This document shows, piece by piece, positions 27,201 to 38,527 of a DNA stretch of 47,680 nt (positions are counted from its first letter, which is position 1; each line of letters starts with the position of its first letter). Source of the stretch: Thermoanaerobaculia bacterium (GTDB taxonomy: Bacteria > Acidobacteriota > Thermoanaerobaculia > Multivoradales > UBA5704); contig JBGAGQ010000053.1 in the NCBI GenBank assembly GCA_044226625.1, positions 1 to 47,680 of the forward strand, written 5' to 3'. A program made the position numbers and the translations under genes. The notes beneath the pieces were generated by a model, which searched no databases, was not told the DNA's origin, and worked only from the letters and a program-made list of their open reading frames with translations.

Positions 27201-28659
27201 CGTTAGGAAGACCCTGCAAAATCTACCCGCCGATGTTCTCCACAAGAAGCGGCCCCCGTTGATGGAGCTGCGGGGGCATGCGGCGCTTGCCTCCGGCGCG
27301 GCCCGCAGGGCTCTCCAGGAAACACTCACACTGTCCTACCGTCAGGGGAAAGACGGATGGGTTCAGCAAAGGGAGATCACCTTGGCCCTTCTCCCGGGCT
27401 CGGGAGTCGAAGAAACGCTGAGGTTGTTGGTCGACATGGGAGATTTCGAACATCGAGAAACCTTTGAACTCGGGGGCGCACTCGCAGAAGCCACCGACTT
27501 GAGGAGGCTTGGGGTCGCGCTGGTCAGAGCAAGGAATCCTGAGCGCAAGAGGCGGATTCGAATTCTCCTAGCTTTCGCTGCCAGATCGTCAAATGCCATC
27601 AGCGCTGCCTTGAGCACCATTGATCTCCCCCCTGGCGAGATCAGGGCGATAACCGACACCCTTCCCTCGGAGGAAAGGATAAGCCACCCTCAAGAGTACC
27701 TGGACGAGATCACAGCGAGCCTTAAGAAAATTACAAGTGCGCAGGCGGCTCAGCAGGGAATGTGGAGCCACCGCCACCTTCCGGCAAAGATGGTCAAGCA
27801 TCTAGATATGGATCGAGTTTCAGAATGGCTTCCGCTGCTGGTACCTCGTGACGGGATTGCCCAGCCCCGACATTGCGGTCTGATTCTCCCAACTTTCGAA
27901 TGGTGCCTCGATCACTCAGACTCGCGCGCGGAAAGTCTTTGGCCGTTCGTCAGTCCATTCCAGCGGCAAAGATTTTCGATCGGTATCCTGAGACTCTCCG
28001 TAGTCGGCGTGCCCTGGGCGCTCCATCTGCTCAATCGACCGAGTGCAGACGACCAAATGTCGCTACGCTTCTTGAGAAATCTGATTCTCGATGCTCGAAA
28101 TGACCTTGAGATCTGCGAAATCTCTCTCGGAGCATGCTTCCAGGATCGACGGCGCCTAAAGGAGCTTGCCCAAGAGCTGGCCATCGATCAAAAGGCGGAG
28201 ATGCGTGCGCGGGGAGTGGCGATTCTCGGCTGGCTCGTGGAAGGGGCCGAGCTACTCAGGAAGATCCAGAAAAGAGATCCCTCCCGCTGGGTCCGAGGCC
28301 AGGCTGAGATTGCCCTTGATCGACATGTTGTCGACTCCTGGGCACATCACTGGCTGGATCAATTCTTCGCGGCAAGAACTGCGACCGGGCGCTGGGCGGC
28401 TGGGCGGCTATTCCTCGAATCTGCGGATCGCCGAGTCGACAGTTGGGCCTGGAAGAAGGTTCGGAGCAAGAAATGTCGGAAGCGGGTTCGGGGAGAGGCC
28501 TTTCTTCTCCTACGAGCTGCTCAGGATCGATCCAAGAAAGACGACTCAAAGCTAAAGGATCACTTCCTCGGATCGAACGTCAAGGCGCTGGACAGCACTG
28601 TCGATCCTTGGCGGCGTGACGACGAATGGGTTCTCGCCCACTATGGCCGGGGCGATTGA
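24241..28659 (+). CDS. Large protein: PD-(D/E)xK (Mrr-like) nuclease, STAND/NACHT-like P-loop NTPase and long helical-repeat region; putative antiphage defence protein
   Basis: Nuclease motif FEELV...GSQHGKD...IAIECKLY. Walker A GERYDGKT at 25024-25047 and Walker B LVILDGLNE. HEAT-like C-terminus (RARGVAILGWL...DPSRWVRGQA). The start could be 24205. Confidence 0.82.
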   Translation: MAIAKSSQGFRRTLSALLGMNDPGAFEELVARLLSQLIGAPIRRAHSGSQHGKDALSDDGTIAIECKLYRDKTRLDTRALIAELAEARANHADLQLWVLASTKTIGADAKEKLTQEAQKMALGVLVLDAAAARHRLGDIPAISALCSTDVHSTLANLARLTAGERRAVRSELEAIQRAPGFESWRSWLIEEIRDRLPIWRFAVSRRNRTLAERIRRAAFDFGTEYDASKAVPRRIRAELEAWLQKAITEPCENTPLLAVVKGERYDGKTWLTYQWLLEIAAGSTLPIFFVSSARGSQSDRDLLQYIHEDFAPAFGGADPYTVGSYVRHFRNANSGSGPWALVILDGLNEYENLGWRRHLATALSLGDPEYRPAAVIATVRERSWQSLKKHLPREAGSNLAPFMPPAYSRDWGGGTGGGDLSNLPSRDSAKRELNLAEFSLGTFDEEELQTALTRLGLSPDFLSALSRSALELAHRPRYLGLIAKYFDQLNQYSAVTPEVLHWLDLGDKVGRTREGLKDWGAQKLGEFLRNLARRWRARSFLDLTSVREALGKLTTSVDAVLSDLESEGVLLSDGRRFAVEPERLAMGYGLFLRDALFEAATQKRNLDEALSDLLAPLVDVDETVDALRAAATLALIEGEGSFLQGDAPKEPTEVLDTLLVRWINSRNLRTKDLEAIYQLRRLLWRPLLRLNPELWRESERDCRGRELALMVFGELVEADGEAKASLRRSVRDWFRQIPAKGGWWSRAKARTELGHVDDSVAADAVHARLSHKISEPEAQSLGISISENLDVLSLQSLGLYLAGRAPGLIDPDDLLSFVASRFILEEPIDSGDCWVIRRVLERTPTSWFQDATMKEVGPTNLYARSLLQLVEISERADLEALKPRLRSLVPHERRRRFSTWPTRKNVHSLLQGHIEDGADVRPFAESVRGIVIDPELPKPPNRLGQAIARRVANACTKRRLAYRLDLHDLEQLLPALAAWAPRVGREIVRKTLQNLPADVLHKKRPPLMELRGHAALASGAARRALQETLTLSYRQGKDGWVQQREITLALLPGSGVEETLRLLVDMGDFEHRETFELGGALAEATDLRRLGVALVRARNPERKRRIRILLAFAARSSNAISAALSTIDLPPGEIRAITDTLPSEERISHPQEYLDEITASLKKITSAQAAQQGMWSHRHLPAKMVKHLDMDRVSEWLPLLVPRDGIAQPRHCGLILPTFEWCLDHSDSRAESLWPFVSPFQRQRFSIGILRLSVVGVPWALHLLNRPSADDQMSLRFLRNLILDARNDLEICEISLGACFQDRRRLKELAQELAIDQKAEMRARGVAILGWLVEGAELLRKIQKRDPSRWVRGQAEIALDRHVVDSWAHHWLDQFFAARTATGRWAAGRLFLESADRRVDSWAWKKVRSKKCRKRVRGEAFLLLRAAQDRSKKDDSKLKDHFLGSNVKALDSTVDPWRRDDEWVLAHYGRGD

Positions 28660-28670
28660 ATGCGAAGGCC

Positions 28671-28863
28671 CCCTACCCCACCAGCCCCCTGAGCATCCCC
28701 CACAACCGCGCCACATCCGCCCGTTCGGTCGCCTCGGCGCCGATCGAGACGCGGACCATCCAGCGTCCGTCGAGCACCGCGGGGGTGAGATAGGTCTCGC
28801 CGGAGGCGTTCGCGCGCTCGGCCCAGTCGAGGGTGTGGCGGTCGAGGGCTTCGCCTTCGAGGC
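28671..28863 (-). repeat. Duplicated 3' end (about 62 codons plus stop) of the decarboxylase gene; direct repeat of 30610..30802
   Basis: 193 bp with 10 mismatches by manual alignment and only 2 amino-acid changes. Confidence 0.95.
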
Positions 28864-28941
28864 ATAGGGTGGGGTGATTACTTCGCTGGGTGAGAACAGC
28901 GGGACTGTCCATCCTTATCTTGTCGCCAATAAAAGCCTGAC

Positions 28942-28970
28942 TTGACTCACTTACGAACATTCACTAGAAT
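28942..28970 (+). promoter_or_regulatory. Sigma70-type promoter for the ATPase cassette
   Basis: TTGACT-N17-TAGAAT in an AT-rich patch 74 bp upstream of the ATG at 29045. Confidence 0.7.
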
Positions 28971-29044
28971 TAAGAATAATTTTAGCCTCACCTACCGAAG
29001 CTTTTATCGCCGCCCACTATAAGAATGTCGCGAGGGCAGAATAA

Positions 29045-30544
29045 ATGTCAAGAAATATTGACTTCTCAAAGGTAAACTGGGGGCCCGATGATGCCAGAGG
29101 AGACCACAACCTCAACTCCTATTTCGTAGAGGTGGCCAACTATGAAGGGCTGATCGACGGATCGAAACGACTAGTTATTGGAAGAAAGGGAACCGGGAAG
29201 ACTGCCATTTGCGAGCACCTGAGACTGACAGCGGCTTCCACCCACAGTTCATTTGAATCTAGCTTCTCTCTCAGAAACTTTCCCCTCTCGTATGTCCGCG
29301 ACCTCAGAGACAAGTCTCTCAGAGACAAGTCGCAATTCGTGCCGGTATGGTCGTTCCTCTTGGCGCTAGAACTTTCTCGCCTCGTGCTCGAAGACAACTC
29401 AGCTGGCCCGCTCGAAGTTGTTGATGAGCTATCAAGGTTTTTGAAAATGAACTTTCCGAAGGACGCAGTCGGTCTCACCGAGACATTGACGCACCTGCGA
29501 AGACGGGAATCGAAGATTGCAATTTTGTCGCAATGGATTGGCAAGGAACAGTCGTCAGGCTCGGCTTTCGAGACTGTCGGCGGTGTCCACTTTCATCAAG
29601 TGACCTCCACGCTCGTAGAGAAACTTTGCAAGATTCACAGTGAATCACTCTTCTACATTCTGCTTGACGAACTCGACGAGGGCTATCACGCTGGCGACAA
29701 GAGTCTACGCCTGCTTCTCCTATCCCTTCTGCGGGCGGCCTCCGACCTGTTTGTCAAAACCAAGGACTCAGGACTCAAGGTGCGCCCTATAACCGTATTG
29801 CGCTCCGACATCTTTGATGAACTAGATGACAATGATCTGAACAAATATCATGACTACATCATCAGACTCCACTGGACCGGGCGACCCAATTCTCAATTTA
29901 GCCTGAGAAAGATAGTCAATGCGAGAATCCTTGCCTCTGGGTTAGATGTGGATTCCGAAGACCCCTGGCTTAGCTGCGTTGACGGAACAAATTCCACTGC
30001 GACAAAACTCTGGTGGTACTTGGTACATCGCACCCACCAACGACCACGTGACATCATTAAGTTCCTTAAGCTTTGCGGCACTCGCTGCCGACAGACATCA
30101 CTCCACGCGGAAGCAATCTACGATGCAGAGCGAGAATACTCAGATTGGCTCTATCATGAAATTGGCAATGAGGTTCATAGTATTTTGTCTCCTTGGCGGG
30201 AAGCCATGCTCTGTATTTCCCAACTTGGTGAAATTTTTCCACGCACGGGCGCGCTCCGGAAGAAACTTGGAGAAAACCCCGAAATCAAGTCCTGGATTTC
30301 CGAGACCGGCAAATCCCCCGACCATGTACTTTCAGCGCTTTACAGAGTCAGCGCGATTGGGCACATGAACCGGGCAGGCCGCTTCATTTTTCGATATCAG
30401 GACGAGTCAATCGATGACTGGGATCCCGACGGTAAGCTCTTTATCCACCAGGGCCTACACAAGAAGTTGCGCCTGCGCACCGTCGGGAAGGAATCTCTAC
30501 AAATCCAAGCCACCCAATCGGCCATCGAAGGTTCCCAAGGCTAA
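29045..30544 (+). CDS. Stand-alone P-loop ATPase (Sll1717/FunZ-like), low-GC acquired gene
   Basis: WGPDDARGD..L..YFV, Walker A IGRKGTGKT, Walker B LLDELDE, LRSDI and RPRDII motifs. Visibly AT-richer than its flanks. Confidence 0.82.
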   Translation: MSRNIDFSKVNWGPDDARGDHNLNSYFVEVANYEGLIDGSKRLVIGRKGTGKTAICEHLRLTAASTHSSFESSFSLRNFPLSYVRDLRDKSLRDKSQFVPVWSFLLALELSRLVLEDNSAGPLEVVDELSRFLKMNFPKDAVGLTETLTHLRRRESKIAILSQWIGKEQSSGSAFETVGGVHFHQVTSTLVEKLCKIHSESLFYILLDELDEGYHAGDKSLRLLLLSLLRAASDLFVKTKDSGLKVRPITVLRSDIFDELDDNDLNKYHDYIIRLHWTGRPNSQFSLRKIVNARILASGLDVDSEDPWLSCVDGTNSTATKLWWYLVHRTHQRPRDIIKFLKLCGTRCRQTSLHAEAIYDAEREYSDWLYHEIGNEVHSILSPWREAMLCISQLGEIFPRTGALRKKLGENPEIKSWISETGKSPDHVLSALYRVSAIGHMNRAGRFIFRYQDESIDDWDPDGKLFIHQGLHKKLRLRTVGKESLQIQATQSAIEGSQG

Positions 30545-30611
30545 GCGGTCTGGGAGCGTCTATGATCTGGGATGCCTTGTAGCGACCGCTCGGGCGCAGT
30601 GATTCGTGCCC

Positions 30612-32024
30612 CTACCCCACAAGCCCCCTGAGCATCCCCCACAACCGCGCCACGTCTCCCCGTTCCGTCGCCTCGGCGCCGATCGAGACGCGGACCATCC
30701 AACGTCCGTCGAGCACTGCGGGGGTGAGGTAGGTTTCGCCGGAGGCGTTCGCGCGCTCGGCCCAGTTGAGGGTGTGGCGGTCGAGGGCTTCGCCTTCGAG
30801 GCCCGGGGGCTCGTGGCGGAGGCAGACGGTTTGGAGCGCCACGGGGGCGAGGACGCGCCAGTGTGGTGTCGCGGCGACCTGTTCCGCGAGCCAACGGGCG
30901 TTTTCGAGGTCGCGGTGGAGGCGGGCTCGCAGGGCTTCGAGGCCCTGCTCGCGCAGGTGGAACCAGAGCTTCAGGGCGCGGAAGCGGCGACCGAGCGGGA
31001 TGCCCCAATCGCGGAGGTTTTTCACCTGATCGTCGACCGCGGAGCGCAGGTAGCTCGGCCGGGTGGACATGACTCGGATCAGATGGTCGGGGTCGCGGAC
31101 GTAGTAGAGCGAGCAGTCGAAGGCGACACCGAGCCACTTGTGGACGTTCCAGACCAGGGAGTCCGCTCCTTCGATCCCCTGCCAGAGCGGCCGGCATTCG
31201 GGCAGGATCATCGCCGAGCCGGCCATCGCCGCGTCGACGTGGAACCACAGGGCGTGCCTGCGCGCGATCTCGGCGATCCGCTCGATCGGATCGAAAGCCG
31301 TGGTCGTGGTGGTCCCCGTCGTGGCGACGACCGCGCAGGGCCTATGCCCCGCGGCGAGATCGGCCTCGACCGCCGCCAGAAGCGCGTCCGGCCGCATCGC
31401 AAAGGCCTCGTCCACGTCGACCGCACGAACGTTTTCGCGGCCGAAACCGGCGAGGAGCGCCGCTTTCTCGACCGAGCTGTGGCTGTGCCCGGAGACGTAG
31501 ACGCGCAGGGCCTTGCCCTCCGCTTGGAGGCCGCCCCGGGCGAGGCCGAATTCGGTGGAGCGTTCGCGGGCGCAGATCAGCGCGATCAGCGAGCTGGTCG
31601 ACGCGGTGTCCTGGATCACCCCGCTCCAGGCGTCCGACAGTCCGACCGCCTGGCGCATCCAGTCCGTCGCGACCTCTTCGATCTCGGTGAGCGCCGGGCT
31701 CGACTGCCACGACAGGCCGAGCACGCCGAGCCCGGTCGAGAGGAAATCGCCGAGCACGCTCGCGAGCGACCCGTTCGAGGGGAAGTAGCCGAAGAAGCTC
31801 GGATGCTGCCAGAGCGAAAGGCCGGGAACGATCAGGCGATCGACGTCGGCGAGGATCTCAGCGAACGGCTCCGGCGCCTCGGGCGGGCTCGCCGGCAGCT
31901 TCGCCTTGATCTCCCCGGGGGCCGTCCCGGCCATCACCGGCCGGCGGTCTCTCAGGCCGGCTCGATAGTCGGCGATCCAGTCGACCAACTCGTGGCCGAA
32001 ACGGCGGAACTCCTCCGGGGTCAT
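30612..32024 (-). CDS. PLP-dependent group II (aromatic-L-amino-acid/DOPA-type) decarboxylase
   Basis: MTPEEFRRFGHELVDWIADY, WQHPSFFGYFP, SPALTEIE, HSSVEKA, WFHVDAAMAG, NVHKW (PLP lysine) and LGRRFRALKLW. Confidence 0.93.
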   Translation of the reverse strand: MTPEEFRRFGHELVDWIADYRAGLRDRRPVMAGTAPGEIKAKLPASPPEAPEPFAEILADVDRLIVPGLSLWQHPSFFGYFPSNGSLASVLGDFLSTGLGVLGLSWQSSPALTEIEEVATDWMRQAVGLSDAWSGVIQDTASTSSLIALICARERSTEFGLARGGLQAEGKALRVYVSGHSHSSVEKAALLAGFGRENVRAVDVDEAFAMRPDALLAAVEADLAAGHRPCAVVATTGTTTTTAFDPIERIAEIARRHALWFHVDAAMAGSAMILPECRPLWQGIEGADSLVWNVHKWLGVAFDCSLYYVRDPDHLIRVMSTRPSYLRSAVDDQVKNLRDWGIPLGRRFRALKLWFHLREQGLEALRARLHRDLENARWLAEQVAATPHWRVLAPVALQTVCLRHEPPGLEGEALDRHTLNWAERANASGETYLTPAVLDGRWMVRVSIGAEATERGDVARLWGMLRGLVG

Positions 32025-32047
32025 ACCGGTTTCCGCGCCGATTCCGA

Positions 32048-33247
32048 TCAGTGGCCGGGCGGCTGCTCCGGCGCCTGCGGCGCCGGCGGGGTCGCGTCGG
32101 GCGAGATGGCCGCCGCGGCCGCCGCGGCGGCGGCCGCCGCATCGGGCACGTTCCGCGCGGGAGCGTCGGCGGCCTCCAGCGGATCCTCCGGCGGCACGCC
32201 GATCAGGCGGCGGAAATTCGCCGCTTCGGCGGGCGGACGGGCGACGATCAGGGAATTCTTCTCGAGCTCTTGCTCGTACTGGGCGAAACGGTCGCGGAAC
32301 AGCCGGTTTCGCTCGCGCGCCTCGATCTCGGCCTGGACCTCGGGGAACGGCCGGACGTAGGACGGCCGCCGTTCGACCATCTGCAGCAGGTGCGTACCTC
32401 CCCGCCCTTCGGTCGGCTCGCTCATCGCACCGGGCGCGAGGCTCCAGGAGGCCTGGACGATGCCCGGGTCGAGATCGCTCTGCGATAGCCAACCGAGGTC
32501 GACGACGGTGCCGCCGAGCCCTTGGTCGACGAAGGGCTTCGCGGCTTCTTCGAAGGTCTTGCCGGCGGCGACGGCGGTGCGGATCTGGTTCGCGATCCGC
32601 TCGCGCTCGGCGGCGCTCGCCGTCTTGTCGGACAGGAGGACGGCGTCGCGCAGGTGGACCTGCTCGGGCACGCGGAAGAGGTCGACGTTCTTCTGGTAGT
32701 AGCGCCGGAGGTCGTCTTCCTCGAGCCGGATCTTCCCCTGTACCTCGCGGCCGACCAGCTCGCGCACGCGCAGGTTCTTCTTGAGGTTGTCGCGCAACTC
32801 TTTTTCCGTCATACCGCTCTGGGCAAGCGCGCCGCGGAACTGCTCGTCGGTGGTCAGGTTGAAATTGTCCCGCATCTGTTGGACCGCGGCGTCGATGTCC
32901 TGCTCGGGGGCGGGGATGTTCAACTGGTCCGCGCGAGATTGGAGCAGGAGGTCCTCGTAGAGGTTTTTGTAGACGACTTCGCCCGCGGCGGCGAGCTCCT
33001 GCTCGCGCTCGGCCGGATCGAGGTTCTTGCGGCCGATCTCGCGGCGCAGGTCGTCCCGTCCGGCCTCGTAGTCGTGCAGGGTGGCGATCCGGTCGTTGAT
33101 GCGGAGGATGATCTTTGCGGCGACTTCCCCCGAGGCGGGCACGGCGGCTCCCGCGAGCAGCAGGAGCGGGAGCACCATCCCGAGGCGGCGAGCGGAGCGC
33201 TCCAGCTTCCCAAGGGTGAGCTCAGCGGTGAGCGGTCTGCGGATCAT
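32048..33247 (-). CDS. SurA-like periplasmic chaperone / parvulin peptidyl-prolyl isomerase
   Basis: SurA N-domain (IILRINDRIATLHD...FRGALAQSGMT) plus a rotamase domain (FEEAAK...DLGWL...SEP). Start uncertain. Confidence 0.85.
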   Translation of the reverse strand: MIRRPLTAELTLGKLERSARRLGMVLPLLLLAGAAVPASGEVAAKIILRINDRIATLHDYEAGRDDLRREIGRKNLDPAEREQELAAAGEVVYKNLYEDLLLQSRADQLNIPAPEQDIDAAVQQMRDNFNLTTDEQFRGALAQSGMTEKELRDNLKKNLRVRELVGREVQGKIRLEEDDLRRYYQKNVDLFRVPEQVHLRDAVLLSDKTASAAERERIANQIRTAVAAGKTFEEAAKPFVDQGLGGTVVDLGWLSQSDLDPGIVQASWSLAPGAMSEPTEGRGGTHLLQMVERRPSYVRPFPEVQAEIEARERNRLFRDRFAQYEQELEKNSLIVARPPAEAANFRRLIGVPPEDPLEAADAPARNVPDAAAAAAAAAAAISPDATPPAPQAPEQPPGH

Positions 33248-34145
33248 GGTAGGCGCCTCGATATTCAAAGGGGAGATTTCGCGCATAGATCTCGACATTG
33301 TAACGATGCCGCGCTTCGGCGACCAGCTCGACCAGGCGCACGTCCGCGCGCTCGCGGCGAAGGCGACGGCGGATCTCTTTGCTCGCCCGCTCGAGAGGCA
33401 TCGTCTCGGCGGGGAACCGCTCGGTGACCTGGAAGATATGGAAGCCGTAGTCGGCCGGGACGACCGGGCTCACCTCGCCCGGCTGGAGTCGGAAGATGAC
33501 GTCGGCGAACGCCGCCGGCAGGTCGGCCGCGGACAGTTCCCCCTGATCGCCGCCGCGCTCCGAGCTCGGATCGCGCGAATACTTGCGCGCAATGGCGGCG
33601 AAGTCGGCTCCCGACGAGAGATCCCCGAGCGCGCGCTCCGCCTCGCTCCGCCGCTCGACCAGCACCTGGCGCAGGCGAACCCGCTCGGGCCGCGCGAACT
33701 CCGAGCCGTGGTCGCGGTAGTAGGCGGCGATCTCGGCGTCGGTCGGCTCGGGGACCTCGACCGCGAGCAGGGCGTCGATTCCCCGCCGCCCCCGACGCCC
33801 GTCCGGCTCCGCCGCCCTCGATTCGGCCGCGCGCTTGGGCACGAGATTCCTGTCGGCCGCCAACCGCTCGAGCAAGCGCTCGTCCAGGAACTGGTCGAAC
33901 AGCGCCGAGAGCACGTCGCTCGCGAGCAGGCCCGCCGAGCTGCCCACCACCTCGGAGACGTAGACCCGGAATTGCGGATAGCGCAGCTCCTGCTCGCCGA
34001 TCCGCGCCACGGCGTCGGGCGCGGGGGGAGGGGTCCGGCGGCAGGCGACGAGCGCCAGGAGGCCGAGGCAAGCGGCGACGAGCGCGCGCCGGGAGCGACG
34101 GCCTCTCCGGGGCGGAGGCGGGAGCGGGGGTCCGAGAGGGAGCAT
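33222..34145 (-). CDS. Parvulin-type peptidyl-prolyl isomerase lipoprotein (PrsA/PpiC-like)
   Basis: Lipobox LLALVA-C. PERVRLRQVLV...GADFAAIARKYSRDPS...GGDQG...GEVSPVV..DYGFHIF. Only the C-terminal part of the listed 902-aa ORF is real. Confidence 0.9.
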   Translation of the reverse strand: MLPLGPPLPPPPRRGRRSRRALVAACLGLLALVACRRTPPPAPDAVARIGEQELRYPQFRVYVSEVVGSSAGLLASDVLSALFDQFLDERLLERLAADRNLVPKRAAESRAAEPDGRRGRRGIDALLAVEVPEPTDAEIAAYYRDHGSEFARPERVRLRQVLVERRSEAERALGDLSSGADFAAIARKYSRDPSSERGGDQGELSAADLPAAFADVIFRLQPGEVSPVVPADYGFHIFQVTERFPAETMPLERASKEIRRRLRRERADVRLVELVAEARHRYNVEIYARNLPFEYRGAYHDPQTAHR

Positions 34146-34162
34146 GGATAGAGAAGGGTGGC

Positions 34163-37642
<3,480 letters not shown>

Positions 37643-37763
37643 GCAGCCGGAAAGCATAGCGCGCGAGGGCCCCCTCCGGTGAGTTCAGATAGCCGGCGTG
37701 CTATCGTTTGACCGCTTCTCAACCCATCATCCAACGAACCTTTTCTGAGAGAGGGCTCGAATC

Positions 37764-38525
37764 ATGACCGTCGCCTCGCCTCCTCCTCCGCCTCCGCAAA
37801 ATCCATACGGTGCCGCCCAGCCGGTCGGCCCCAAAAAGACCTCGCCCTGGGTCTGGGTGGGGGTCGGCTGTCTCGCGATTCTCCTTCTGCTCGCCGGCTT
37901 CTGCGCCTTCGTCGGCTACAAGGCCAAGCAGAAGCTCGCCGAGTTCGGCGACAACCCGGAGGTCGCCGCGGTCAAGCTCGCGGTCTCGCTCAATCCGGAC
38001 GTCGAGCTGGTGAGCTCGGACGACCAGGCGAAGACGGTCACCGTCCGCGACAAGAAGACGGGCAAGGTCGTGACGCTGAACTTCGAGGACATCAAGAACG
38101 GCAAGTTCTCGATGGAGGGATCGGACGGTCAGAAGGTCAACATCGGCGACGGCCAGGTCCAGGTGACCGACGAGAAGGGGCAGACCACCACGATCGCCGG
38201 CGGCGTCGGCACGTCCAACCTGCCCGATTGGCTTCCCGCCTACCCCGGCGCCACGGCGACCAGCTCGTTCTCGGCGACCGGCGCGAACGGCGGCGCGGTG
38301 ACGATGCTCGAGACGACCGACTCGGCCGACGACGCGCTCTCCTTCTATGAAGGGAAGCTCAAGGACGCCGGCTTCAAGGTCGAGAAGAACTCCTACCAGG
38401 TGAACAACCAGACGGCCGGCGGCACGGTCACCGCGAAAGAGGGCGGAGACAAGGGTGACGTCACCGTTCTGGTCGGCGCCCAGGGCGGCAAGACCTCGAT
38501 CACCATCACCCACTCCAACTCGTAG
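37764..38525 (+). CDS. Membrane-anchored hypothetical protein (Pro-rich N-terminus, single TM, exported beta-rich domain)
   Basis: KKTSPWVWVGVGCLAILLLLAGFCAFVGY TM helix, LPDWLPAYPGA motif and strong coding bias. Confidence 0.85.
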   Translation: MTVASPPPPPPQNPYGAAQPVGPKKTSPWVWVGVGCLAILLLLAGFCAFVGYKAKQKLAEFGDNPEVAAVKLAVSLNPDVELVSSDDQAKTVTVRDKKTGKVVTLNFEDIKNGKFSMEGSDGQKVNIGDGQVQVTDEKGQTTTIAGGVGTSNLPDWLPAYPGATATSSFSATGANGGAVTMLETTDSADDALSFYEGKLKDAGFKVEKNSYQVNNQTAGGTVTAKEGGDKGDVTVLVGAQGGKTSITITHSNS

Positions 38526-38527
38526 CC

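Noticed and set aside
28673-28960. 95-aa ORF as a real gene
   Set aside because: It is the duplicated decarboxylase 3' end fused to antisense promoter sequence of the ATPase cassette.
16759-30600. Prophage or ICE
   Set aside because: No integrase, transposase, relaxase, replication or virion genes are recognisable, and no tRNA attachment site was found.
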